Assembly: GCA_052139695.1 (NCBI GenBank)
Contig: JBKQWF010000307.1
Location: forward strand, 3,996 to 67,995
Direction: 5' to 3'
Source: Limisphaerales bacterium
GTDB lineage: Bacteria > Verrucomicrobiota > Verrucomicrobiia > Limisphaerales > Palsa-1400
Length of the DNA: 64,000 bases
Positions within the stretch are counted from its first letter, which is position 1. Every line of letters begins with the position of its first letter. Shown here in pieces: positions 25,195-34,700 of this stretch. The notes beneath the pieces were generated by a model. It made no database searches. It was not told the DNA's origin and saw nothing but the letters and a program-made list of their open reading frames with translations. The translations under genes were made by a program, and so were the position numbers.

Positions 25195-27978
25195 TTACCC
25201 CAGCCGCAAACCAATCGGCAGCGTATCGCCTAGAGCGAGGGCCGCATCGGCTGTTTCGAGGGCGGCCACTTCCGTGAGCATCCGCAGCCAGGCTTCCGGC
25301 GCGCCCGCGGCCTGGAGCGCGGCGGCGGCGGGAGCGCGAACGTCATCGTCGAGGTCGCGGCTGCGGTCGCCGGTCAGGCGGGCCAATTGAGCGACGGCAA
25401 AGGCAGTGCTATCGATACGTTCCAGGCCGGCGTCCAAGAGAACGGAAAGCCAGATCGTTGCCTGGCTGGGAGGGACGGTTTTGTGAATGCTGCCGTAAAG
25501 AGGCGCGCGGGCACCCAGGCGCCCCAGCGCCCAGGCCCACGGCCCGGCCGCCTTTTCCGCGCCTTTCATCCGCTGCATGATCCACTGGCCTAGAACCGCT
25601 TTGTCGGCGGGGTTGAGGTGCTCCAGCGAAGCCGCGACCCGCACCATTTCGTCCAAACCTTCCGGCTGAATCCCCCTGGGCTTGGCGCTGTTCCTGGAAG
25701 ATTCCGGGGCAATGCGGCGGGCCAGATGCGGCTTGAGATAGTCCCACAATTCCTGTTGTTGGCTTTCCGCCAAACCGCCGGCCAGCCGCCGCCACATGAC
25801 CCAAAACTCGCTCCAGATGGGTTGCTCGGCATGAAACAGGACGCTCTCCTGGAAGAGAAGAAAGGTCTGCTGGCAGCGCCACTCGTCCAGCGGATAACCA
25901 AATCCCGGACGCAGGCTGTAACCGGCCAGTTGAAAAAACACCCGCTCATGATCGGCGGAACGGCGGCGACGGCTCGCTCTCTTGAAGAGTTCGCTCCACA
26001 GCTCCCGCAACAGGGGCAGCCGCCATTCTTCCCGCGGACCGATGGTCTTTTCCAAAGTGCGGCTGAGTTGCTTGACCTCCTTGGAAGCGACTGCCAGCGG
26101 TTTGCTGCCGAAGACGCGCTCGACCAGAATTCGCACCTGATCGAACCGCGCCGGCATGGACTCGGTGACCGTCGTGGCGGCGCGCGCGGTGGCGCCACGC
26201 AATTCAAACTCCAGCCGCCACTGCTCCTTGGCGTCCTGGGAAACGCACCACAATTCCAGCGTGCCCAACTCCGTGAGCATGGCGCGGAGATGGACGGGCC
26301 GCCTCGTTGTCTTGACGCCGGCGCTTTTTAAGAGCGTATGGATCGGCGGCAGCGAATGAAACTCGTCGCCAATTTCCACGATGTCGCCGGGCAAATCGAT
26401 GCGATCTGAAGTGGTGGAAAACAAAGGGAATTGCACGGGCTGGCCGAGCATTAATTCAAAGGGGCGGTTCTTGAGTTCCACCGGCTGTGCTTCTTCACAA
26501 CCGCGCGGAATCAAACAAATGGCGCGAGGCCTGGCGCTTTCCTTTTCCGCGGCCAAGCCGACGTAGAGGGCGTGCGCCGATCCGCCGCTGACGCGCCGTC
26601 CCAAGCCGCGTCGAGCCAGCCCGTAACAGACCGCGCCGCGAGCCACGGCCAATTCCAGCGAATGATGCGGCAAGAGAGGAATGGGCGCCGCTTCCGGCCA
26701 CCACGCCGAAACCGCTTCCACCAGGCGTTGCGAAATCCGCGATGAATTGAAGACGCCGCCGTTGAAAAGGATCGCATCGGGACGCGGCAGCGCCGCCGAA
26801 AGTTCCTGATGAAGCGCGCTGAAACACGCCGCCGCATGGTGGCGCAAGAATGCCGCCAGGTGGCGCGTGACGGCGGGGTCTTGCGCGTAGGGCAAGCCCA
26901 ATTCCTGCAAGGCCGTGCGCGCGGCGCGGCGCGGGCTTTCCCCCGGGTCGCAGCTGGGCAGGAAGCCGTCCAGGATCAGGCGTTCCGCTTCCGCGCGTTG
27001 GATTTCGGCCGAGAGCGTGCCTTGCAGCAAGCGGCTGCCTTCGGCGGCCACGGAAACAATCTGCCGTTCTGGCGGGTTGTCGCCGAGCAGCGATTCCTTG
27101 GCCGTGCGCGCCGCTTGGACAAGCTGGGTCCATTGCGTGGCACTCAGCTTGCGCCCGCCCGCTAGAATGCGTTCTTCGACATGCTTGGCGAGAGCGGCGT
27201 CCATGTTGTCGCCGCCGAGCATCAGGTGATCGCCGACCGCGATGCGGCGCAAGGCGGGGCCTTCCGCTCCAACACTTGCCTCGATCAGGGTAAAATCTGT
27301 CGTGCCGCCGCCGACATCCACCACGAGCACGAGACGCACGTCTTTGAGCACCTCGGCGAGATCCTCCCGGTGATGCCAGGCGAAATCATAAAAGGCAGCC
27401 TGTGGTTCCTCCACCAGCGTGATTTTTTCCAGTCCTGCCTGAAGGGCGGCGTTCACTGTCAATGCGCGGGCGACTTCGTCGAACGAGGCCGGCACTGTGA
27501 TCACGACTTCTTGCTGGGCCATCGGGGCGGCGGGATGGCTGGCATCCCAAGCGGATTTCATGTGGGAAAGCAACAAGGCGGAAGCCTCCACGGGCGAAAC
27601 CTTGGCCACTTCCGCCGGAGCGCCCCAGGGCAGAATCGGTGCGGAACGGTCCACGCCTGGGTGACAAAGCCAGCTCTTGGCCGAAGCCACCAATCGCCCT
27701 GGAACGCGGGCCCCCTGCCAGCGGGCGTACGAGCCGACGATGAGCTTGGGCGATTCGTCCCAGGGCAATTTGGCCGCGCCGGGAGACAGTTCATGCCCGC
27801 TGGGAATGTAGAGGCATGACGGGAGCAACGGCATCGCGGCGACCTCGCCTGGCCGTTGTAATTGCGCAATGGGAAAATCCTCAACGAGCGAATCCGCTCC
27901 CGGAGCGGGGTCCACAAAAGCGAGGGCGCAATTGGTCGTGCCCAGGTCAATGCCGATGATGGAGGAAGAGGAAGCCAT
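25195..27978 (-). CDS. Atypical Hsp70-family ATPase, 927 aa, with long helical C-terminal extension
   Basis: Actin-fold NBD motifs: IIGIDLGTTNCALAF, LVVDVGGGTTDFTLIE, VGDHLMLGGDNMDAAL. About 330 extra C-terminal residues (WSEFWVMWRRLAGG...) have no DnaK-like lid or EEVD tail. Confidence 0.85.
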   Translation of the reverse strand: MASSSSIIGIDLGTTNCALAFVDPAPGADSLVEDFPIAQLQRPGEVAAMPLLPSCLYIPSGHELSPGAAKLPWDESPKLIVGSYARWQGARVPGRLVASAKSWLCHPGVDRSAPILPWGAPAEVAKVSPVEASALLLSHMKSAWDASHPAAPMAQQEVVITVPASFDEVARALTVNAALQAGLEKITLVEEPQAAFYDFAWHHREDLAEVLKDVRLVLVVDVGGGTTDFTLIEASVGAEGPALRRIAVGDHLMLGGDNMDAALAKHVEERILAGGRKLSATQWTQLVQAARTAKESLLGDNPPERQIVSVAAEGSRLLQGTLSAEIQRAEAERLILDGFLPSCDPGESPRRAARTALQELGLPYAQDPAVTRHLAAFLRHHAAACFSALHQELSAALPRPDAILFNGGVFNSSRISQRLVEAVSAWWPEAAPIPLLPHHSLELAVARGAVCYGLARRGLGRRVSGGSAHALYVGLAAEKESARPRAICLIPRGCEEAQPVELKNRPFELMLGQPVQFPLFSTTSDRIDLPGDIVEIGDEFHSLPPIHTLLKSAGVKTTRRPVHLRAMLTELGTLELWCVSQDAKEQWRLEFELRGATARAATTVTESMPARFDQVRILVERVFGSKPLAVASKEVKQLSRTLEKTIGPREEWRLPLLRELWSELFKRASRRRRSADHERVFFQLAGYSLRPGFGYPLDEWRCQQTFLLFQESVLFHAEQPIWSEFWVMWRRLAGGLAESQQQELWDYLKPHLARRIAPESSRNSAKPRGIQPEGLDEMVRVAASLEHLNPADKAVLGQWIMQRMKGAEKAAGPWAWALGRLGARAPLYGSIHKTVPPSQATIWLSVLLDAGLERIDSTAFAVAQLARLTGDRSRDLDDDVRAPAAAALQAAGAPEAWLRMLTEVAALETADAALALGDTLPIGLRLG

Positions 27979-28023
27979 CCCAGGAAACCTAGTGTGCTGT
28001 TACAGGGATGGCATTACAACGAA

Positions 28024-28084
28024 CCCCTCTCCCTGCCCTCTCCCCGCTTTGCGGGGAGAGGGTAGCCGCAGGCCGGGAGAGGGG
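28024..28084. repeat. REP-like nested palindrome, family C, between the two Hsp70 genes
   Basis: Inner 12-bp stem ccctctccccgc/gcggggagaggg with loop ttt (28036-28062). Outer 10-bp stem cccctctccc/gggagagggg (28024-28033 / 28075-28084). Confidence 0.85.
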
Positions 28085-28122
28085 ATTGTGTAGAGGTTTC
28101 ATTGAAACACTGCACTAGCTGC

Positions 28123-29961
28123 CTACTCCTTCATCCGCACATTCAATTCAAGTTTCCACTGGCCAGGGCCGCCCTTTTCCAGGCAACGGAGTTCAAGCGT
28201 GCCCAGTTCCGTGACCGCAGCTTGCAGGTTGACGGGAACCAGTTTGCCTTCGTTGCCCTCTTTGGCCGGGAGCGTGGTTGCAATGGGCGAGACTTCCTCC
28301 AATTCACCGTTGGCCGCAATGTCTTCGACCATGACGCCGACGCGGTCGTCGCGGCGAACGGAACTGGCAAAGAAACGGAAGCGGGTTGGTTCACCGACGA
28401 CGAGGCCGAATTCCTGCGGGGGCACGTCTGCTTGGGTGCCTTCTTCCATGCCGAACGGGGCGACGCAGAGGGCCTTAACGGGCGGTTCCAAGCCGGGAAC
28501 CGCAGGCATGGCCGTTTCCACACCGACGTAATAGGCGCGGGCGGTGCCGCCGCGAATGCGCACGCCGTGACCTCGGCGCACCCATCCATAATAAGCTGCT
28601 CCGCGCGCCACAGCCAAGTCGAGTTCGGCCCCTTCCAACTCCTTGGCAGGGGCGCCGCCGTCGGCGGCCAGCCAGTCATTGAGGACCGCGATGACGCGAT
28701 CCTTGAGAGCAGCGGCTTTGAAGACGCCACCGTTGAACAGGACAGCGGTGGGGTGGACGAAGCTCTTGCCTTGCACCTGCACGGGAGCGTCATGGGCGCC
28801 GGACATGGCGCGCGCCTGGCGTGTGAGGAACGCGGCAAGATGGCGGGTCACTCCCGCGTCTTGCGCGTACGGCAGCGCCATCTGCGCGAGACCGGTCCGA
28901 CGCGCCATTTGCGGCAAATCGGTGATGGTGGACTTTGGAAAAAATCCATCGACCAGGACGCGTGTCAGTTCCTCGCGGCTCAACTCCGCTTTGATGGTTC
29001 CTCCAACAAGCGATGAACCTCTGCCAGGAATCACAAGCGGAAGTTTTTGCGGCTTCGCATCCGAGAAGAAGGTCTCCTTGGCTTGGCGGCAGGCGAAGGT
29101 CAGGCCGTTGAATTGCCAGGCGTCGAGCTTTTTACCCGCGGCGGCGAAGCGCTGGTTCACGGTGTGCGCCAGCGCGAGATCCATATTATCTCCGCCGAGG
29201 AGAATGTGATCGCCTACTGCCACGCGCGTGAGGGCCAATTCGCCGTCTTTGGCGGTGACGGCAATGAGGGAAAAATCCGTCGTGCCGCCGCCGACATCCA
29301 CCACCAACACGACATCGCCCGGCTTGACCTGCCTGCGAAAGCCTTCGCCCATCTGCTCGATCCAGGCGTAGAAAGCGGCCTGGGGTTCTTCAATCAGAGT
29401 GATGTTGGGAAGGCCGGCTTGTTGCGCGGCTTTGAGCGTTAATTCGCGCGCGGCCGCATCGAAGGATGCGGGCACGGTGAGGACAACGTCCTGCTCGGAG
29501 AGGGAATGCTGCTTGAATTGGTGGTCCCATGCTTCCCGCAAATGCGACAAATAGCGGGCGGAAGCATCCAGAGGCGAAACGCGCTGGACCTCGGCTGGCG
29601 CTTGCCAGGGAAGGATGCCGCTCAAGCGATCCACCCCGGCGTGACAGAGCCAGCTTTTCGCGGACGCGACCAGTCTCATCGGCACTTTGCTGCCGTGCGC
29701 CCGGGCGAATTCGCCGACGACGGTGTCTTTGTTTTTCTTGTCCCAAGGCAAGGCGAGGCTGCCGGCGGGAAACTCCTGCTCGCTTGGCAAATAAAGGAAG
29801 GAGGGAAGCAATGGTTTTTCTTCCACAGTGCCGAGGGAGGTGATTTGCGGAATGGCCAGCATGGTCTGCTCCTGGCCGCGGGCCTGTCCCTCTTCGAGTT
29901 TGAAATAGGAAAGGGCACTGTTGGTCGTGCCGAGGTCAATGCCGATGGAGTAAGTTGACAT
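28123..29961 (-). CDS. Atypical Hsp70-family ATPase, 612 aa
   Basis: Motifs: MSTYSIGIDLGTTNSALSYF, VVLVVDVGGGTTDFSLIAV, VGDHILLGGDNMDLALAH. The C-terminal ~230 aa are beta-rich and diverge from the DnaK substrate-binding domain. Confidence 0.85.
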   Translation of the reverse strand: MSTYSIGIDLGTTNSALSYFKLEEGQARGQEQTMLAIPQITSLGTVEEKPLLPSFLYLPSEQEFPAGSLALPWDKKNKDTVVGEFARAHGSKVPMRLVASAKSWLCHAGVDRLSGILPWQAPAEVQRVSPLDASARYLSHLREAWDHQFKQHSLSEQDVVLTVPASFDAAARELTLKAAQQAGLPNITLIEEPQAAFYAWIEQMGEGFRRQVKPGDVVLVVDVGGGTTDFSLIAVTAKDGELALTRVAVGDHILLGGDNMDLALAHTVNQRFAAAGKKLDAWQFNGLTFACRQAKETFFSDAKPQKLPLVIPGRGSSLVGGTIKAELSREELTRVLVDGFFPKSTITDLPQMARRTGLAQMALPYAQDAGVTRHLAAFLTRQARAMSGAHDAPVQVQGKSFVHPTAVLFNGGVFKAAALKDRVIAVLNDWLAADGGAPAKELEGAELDLAVARGAAYYGWVRRGHGVRIRGGTARAYYVGVETAMPAVPGLEPPVKALCVAPFGMEEGTQADVPPQEFGLVVGEPTRFRFFASSVRRDDRVGVMVEDIAANGELEEVSPIATTLPAKEGNEGKLVPVNLQAAVTELGTLELRCLEKGGPGQWKLELNVRMKE

Positions 29962-29992
29962 GAAAAGAGTTTAACGCGACGCGTAAATGGGA

Positions 29993-30541
29993 TTACAATT
30001 CCACTTCCGCCGCGGCCAGCACGCGGGGGTCCAAGGTCTCCGAGACGGCGGGAAGGCGCACTTCGGTGGCAACCCAGCCGTGGTGTTTGAGCGTGCCGCG
30101 AAAGGGCGGCTGCCCGGCAATATTGCCGGTGAGACGAATGCGTTGCGGATCAAAGCCCGCGGGCACTTTGACCGCCGCTCCTTCCTCATCTTTGAGAACC
30201 GGCTCAACGGCAAAATAATCGGAGAAGACTTTGCGGCAGCCGGTGTGGACGACCCGCGCCGCGGCTCCAACCTCGCCGTCGGAAAAGGCCGCCATGTCTT
30301 CCTTGAGAAAATCGATGAGCCGGCCTTCGCGTTGCAGTGTGGCGAGGACAGCTAAAGCGGAGGCATGAAGGCGCTCCGGCGGGGCAGGGGCTGCCTTCTG
30401 GCTTGGCTCCGGCTGGCTTGGGCGGAGGAGGGGAGCGACCTGCCGGCAAAAATCGGGACTGCCCAAGGCGCGGCCAAAGCAGGCAAAAGCCGTGCCCAGG
30501 CGCGCAAAAAACGATGCGTCTGGTTGGATGGGTTTCTCCAT
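29993..30541 (-). CDS. DUF2760-like protein (182 aa), first gene of the Hsp70 triad
   Basis: The track ORF runs to 30706 through the C8G8 tract; I use the internal ATG (complement of 30539-30541, MEKPIQPDASFFARLGTAFACF). The C-terminal block VVHTGCRKVFSDYF...IRLTGNIAGQPPFRGTLKHHGW matches my recollection of DUF2760. The stop is 31 nt upstream of the 612-aa Hsp70 start. Confidence 0.65.
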   Translation of the reverse strand: MEKPIQPDASFFARLGTAFACFGRALGSPDFCRQVAPLLRPSQPEPSQKAAPAPPERLHASALAVLATLQREGRLIDFLKEDMAAFSDGEVGAAARVVHTGCRKVFSDYFAVEPVLKDEEGAAVKVPAGFDPQRIRLTGNIAGQPPFRGTLKHHGWVATEVRLPAVSETLDPRVLAAAEVEL

Positions 30542-30676
30542 AATACCCTCAAAGATGCCCTGCGGGAGAGAAAGGGCAAATGAGAAAAGCGGCCAGCCTG
30601 ACGGGTGCGTGAGAGAATTCTTGCACCCGAAAAGAGAGAGCAAGGGCAGCGCGGCGGGGCGCGACCCCCAGCGCGA

Positions 30677-30692
30677 CCCCCCCCGGGGGGGG
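30677..30692. repeat. C8G8 perfect palindromic homopolymer pair
   Basis: Sequence: ccccccccgggggggg, about 140 nt upstream of the DUF2760 start. It is preceded by the direct repeat gcgcgaccccc x2. Confidence 0.9.
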
Positions 30693-30700
30693 TAAGAGCG

Positions 30701-30740
30701 GCTCAATTTGGTTCAATTTAGTTCAATTAGGTTCGGGTTT
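30701..30740. repeat. 10-bp-period tandem repeat (gctcaatttg gttcaattta gttcaattag gttcgggttt)
   Basis: Three good copies and one degenerate copy, exactly one helical turn apart, immediately distal to the C8G8 tract. Confidence 0.85.
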
Positions 30741-31013
30741 CGGTGGAAGCAGGCTCTCCGGGGCGGCATCGGGGCCGTACTCGAGACCGACGCCAAGGAC
30801 TTGGCGAATGCGCTGCTGTTTCTCTTGGCCTGGACTTCCGCCAGCCGGTTGAGCCAGGAGAGGAGGGGCTTGGGCCAGCTCGCCGTTTTGGAGGCGCTGG
30901 TTGAGTTGCTGGCGGACGGCCAGGGGAAGGCGGGCGATTTTGCCTTTGCGCGTCGTCGCGGTCCTCCTGAGCGTTGCATTGTTATCATGCGGGGCAATGG
31001 TAACAAGGATGCG
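30723..31013 (-). pseudogene. Decayed small DNA-binding-protein gene (KIARLP...LNxRLxxGE...WLN motif family), frameshifted and without a start codon
   Basis: Not in the track because there is no start codon. The open frame reads ...TATTRKGKIARLPLAVRQQLNQRLQNGELAQ... A second frame continues with PKPLLSWLNRLAEVQAK. Together these recreate a motif I recall from small phage/IS-associated proteins of PVC bacteria. The first in-frame codon after the upstream stop is not ATG, GTG or TTG. Confidence 0.3.
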
Positions 31014-31123
31014 TCAAGATTAAAATCCTACGGAAGGATTTTGAACGGGTTTTACGTGCGGCTCAGGAACGGCGATTTTATAGAAAACCGAGAGAACGGA
31101 GCGGGAATTAAGAAGGCCGAAAT

Positions 31124-31149
31124 TGGGGCTGAGCGGCAGCTCAGCCCCA
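31124..31149. repeat. REP-like hairpin, family B, inverted copy
   Basis: tggggctgagc-ggca-gctcagcccca. 11-bp stem. The loop ggca is the reverse complement of the tgcc loop at 16802-16805, and the flank aaat matches in inverted orientation. Confidence 0.7.
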
Positions 31150-31226
31150 CCCTCTGTCGCGCGCTCCGCACCGCCTTAAACCACTGCCAAATAAATCTCA
31201 CAATGTAAAAATGTTTAGTTTTGACC

Positions 31227-31256
31227 CCGATAAGTGGTTTTCCGATAAGTGGTTTT
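31227..31256. repeat. Perfect 15-bp tandem duplication (ccgataagtggtttt x2)
   Basis: Copies at 31227-31241 and 31242-31256, within the AT-richer part of the 1.2-kb intergenic region. Confidence 0.9.
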
Positions 31257-31376
31257 TGATTTGGCTTGACGTGTTGCGCATGGATGTCGATTTTCCAGGA
31301 TCCCAGCTTAGGGTCTGTGCAAAAACAACTTCCGGACAAAAGGCGCAATTCAAACATTATGAAAAGAAGTGAGTTA

Positions 31377-31402
31377 GGCAGAAAAATGGGGGCAGAAAAA
31401 TG
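31377..31402. repeat. Direct repeat ggcagaaaaatg x2 with 14-bp period
   Basis: Copies at 31377-31388 and 31391-31402. Confidence 0.85.
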
Positions 31403-31761
31403 AAAGTGGCCCGCTTCGCTCAAAGAAGGGGGGGCGTCTTATATTTCTGCCACTGATTTTTCTGACATTCGTCTAAGTAAAATATAATAACAAATGATGG
31501 TCATATCCCCCGCCCTTCCACAAGTGTGTGGAAGAGAGGGAGATTGAACGACGCACAACGGGTTCATGGATTCAAGGCGTGAATGGTTTCTGGAAAATCT
31601 CCCCCTGCCCGTGCCTCGCGGGGAGATGTGTGGTTCCATATATGGTTTAGGCCCAATGAACGCCTGCTTGTCATGGGGGAGCATCGCTCTTAAAATGCCG
31701 TTCAGTTTCACGGCTTGATATGTTGAAGCAAATTCTCCCACCGGCGCCGCCACGGGGCAGA

Positions 31762-34700
31762 ATGGTCTTCACCAAATCCTTCCGGCACGGCTGGTGTGCC
31801 TGGGTTTTAGCCGTGGCGGTGGGAAGTTTCGCCTTGGAGGCAAGAAGCGACGATCTCGGCGCGGAATTGCAGGATTTTGCCGTCCGCACCTGGAGCAAGG
31901 CGGACGGGCTGCCGAACGGTTCGGTGACCGTCATCCAGCAAACGCAGGACGGATACCTCTGGGTGGGAACGGCGGCGGGCCTGGTGCGGTTTGACGGAGT
32001 GAAGTTTACCGAGGTGCCCCTGGCCAAAGGCGGCTTAAACCAACCGGTGGCCGTCACCGCCTTGTGCGAGGACGCGGCCGGCTTTGTCTGGATTGGGACT
32101 GAGGACCAGGGCCTCTTCTGCTGGAAAGATGACCGTGTCCAACACTATGGGACGGCGGAGGGTTTGCTCGATCAGAACGTGACCAGCCTGACGCTGGACG
32201 CGGCCGGCCGCTTGTGGATCGGAACCAGGCGCGGCGTCAACCGGCGCGAAGGCGGACGGTTCGAGGCCTTTACGACCCGCGACGGTTTGCCGGACAATTC
32301 GGTTTCCAGCGTCCATGCGGCCAAGTCCGGCACGGTTTGGATCACCACTGCCGGAGGGATGTGCCGGTTCGTGGCCGGACGCATCAGCCGGTTTTATTTC
32401 CCCGCCACCGACCAGGAACGTCAAGAAGAGTTTATCGGGGCTTACGAGGACCGCCGGGGCCATCTCTGGGCCTTCTGCGCCACTTACCTCATCAACCTGG
32501 CCGAAGGCAAGCGCATCAATTATTTCCCCGGGGAGAAATCGGCCATGACGCGCATCTGGAGCCTTTGCGAAGGGCGCGGCGGACGGCTTTGGATTGGGGC
32601 CAGCGGACGCGGCGTCTTTGGTTTCGACGGAACCAAGTTTCAACCCGTGACCCTCAACGAGGGCCGCTGGCCGAGTGACGTGCGCACGATTTGTGAGGAC
32701 CGTGAAGGCAACCTTTGGCTTGGAATTTCGGATGGCGTTCTGGCGCAACTGCGTCCCCAGCGGTTTGCCCTGTTCGCCCGGTCTCATGGTTTGCCCGCGG
32801 GCGCGGCGACCTGTGCCATGACCGATGCCCTGAACCGCGTCTATGCCGGCATGGAATCGGGCGGCCTCTTTGGCAGCATCGGAGACCGTTTTGAGAAAGT
32901 GAGCGACGACAGCCGGTGGCTCGGCCAGGACCTGGTCTCCTCCGCTTGCGCCGGGAGTGACGGCAGCTTGTGGGTGGGCACGGCGGGCAACGGCCTCTAT
33001 CAACTTAAGGACGGGCGCGCGGTGGCTTACTCAACCGCCAACGGTTTGTCCGACGACTGCGTTCTGGCAGTTTGCACCGACGCCCAGGGGGCCGTTTGGG
33101 CCGGGACACGGGCGGGGGCGTTGCATCGGTTCCAGGGAGGATCTGTGTCCACATTTACCAGCGCCGACGGTCTGCCTGGTTCGCCGATTACGGCCCTGTT
33201 GCCGGCGTGGAAGGGCGGACTGTGGGTTGGAACGGAAAGCGGCGCGCTCATCCGGAGCGACGATTCATTTCGCTCCGTCACGGTGGCGAAGCTGGCGGAG
33301 AGACTCAAGGGCAACGCGATCCTTGGATTGTGCGATGGGCCAGGGCATGCGTTGTGGATTGCCGGCCCGGGCGGCCTGGGATGCCTGATGGAGAATCGCT
33401 GCCTGAGTTGGGACGATCGCGACGGGTTGCTGGATGACTGCGTCTCCGGGGTCGTCCAGGACGCCGAGGCTAATCTCTGGCTGCTCATGCCCCAGGGCTT
33501 ATGCCGTATCGCCAGCAATTCGGTCGCGGCAGCCTTGGGCCAAAGCGGCCGGCTCAAGCCGAAATTGCTTTTCGAGACCGAGCCGGGACCCGACCGGACG
33601 TTCAATCCGGGCTGGCCTCGAGCCGTTCAATCGCCCGAAGGCCGGCTTTGGTTCGCCACGGCCAGCGGCCTGGTTGGGGTTGATGCGCGAGGGTGGGAAA
33701 CAGAGGAACCGGAGCCGCAAGTCCGTCTCGAAGCCGTCTTTGTCAACAATGAACCCGTGCCCGTGACGGCGGCGAAGCGAAGCGGCTCGGACGCCGGCGC
33801 GGCGCAACCCGTGAGATTCCCGGGTGGGCTGCGTTCCCTTGAATTTCAAGTCACCGGCCTGATCAGCTTCGAGGCCCCCAACAAGATCCGATTTCGCCAC
33901 AAGCTGGACGGGTTCGATGCCGATTGGATGGAAACAGGGCCGGAACGGCGGGTGCATTACGGGCGGCTGCCCAGCGGAACATATAACTTTCATGTCACGG
34001 CGTGCAATGCCGAGGGCGTTTGGGATGATCAAGGTGTGAGCCTGGAGTTTATCATCCCGACTCCGTTTTGGCGCACACCGGCGATGCTGGTTCTCTACAG
34101 TCTGGCGGTCGTGGGCGGCGCGGCGGGAAGCGTGCGCCTGGTCTCCCATCGGCGGTTGCGGCGGCGCCTGGCAAAGTTGGAGCAGCAGCAGGCGATGGAG
34201 CGGGAGCGCATGCGCATTGCGCGAAACATGCATGACGAAATTGGCTCCAAACTCACCAAGATTTCCTTTCTGAGCGAGCGCCTCAAGATGGAATCCCGGC
34301 CAATGGGGGCGGCACCGGGTGACAAAATCGATTCCATCGCCACCACTTCCCGCGATCTGCTCAAGGCACTGGACGAAATGGTCTGGGCCGTCAACCCGCA
34401 CAATGACACCTTGGAACACCTGGCCTCTTACCTGAGCCAGTGCGCCGGGGAGTACTTCGAGAATACTCCCGTGGAATGCCAGTTGCGCGTCCAAAGTGAA
34501 TTGCCTTCCTTGAGCGTCTCCGCCGAGTTTCGGCACAACATTTTTCTCGCCTTCGAAGAGTCTTTGAGCAATGTGCTAAAGCATGCTCATGCCTCACGGG
34601 TCGAAGTCCTCATTACTTTCGAACAGGGATGCCTGCAAATCCGCGTCCGGGACAACGGGATTGGTTTTACACCGGTTGCCCGCAATGGGAGCAGCGCGGG

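Noticed and set aside
30708-31208. 166-aa + strand ORF in the large intergenic region
   Set aside because: I recognise no motifs. It starts inside the 10-bp tandem repeats and runs through a REP hairpin. The opposite strand carries the more convincing (though decayed) KIARLP-motif remnant.
31052-31423. 123-aa minus-strand ORF
   Set aside because: Its sequence is largely the translation of the 15-bp and 14-bp tandem repeats (…KPLIGKPLIG…, …FSAPIFLP…). I judge it non-coding.
32035-34536. Minus-strand ORFs 32035-33003 (322 aa) and 33499-34536 (345 aa)
   Set aside because: Both are antisense to the propeller/Y_Y_Y sensor kinase, with no domains. They are GC-driven open frames.
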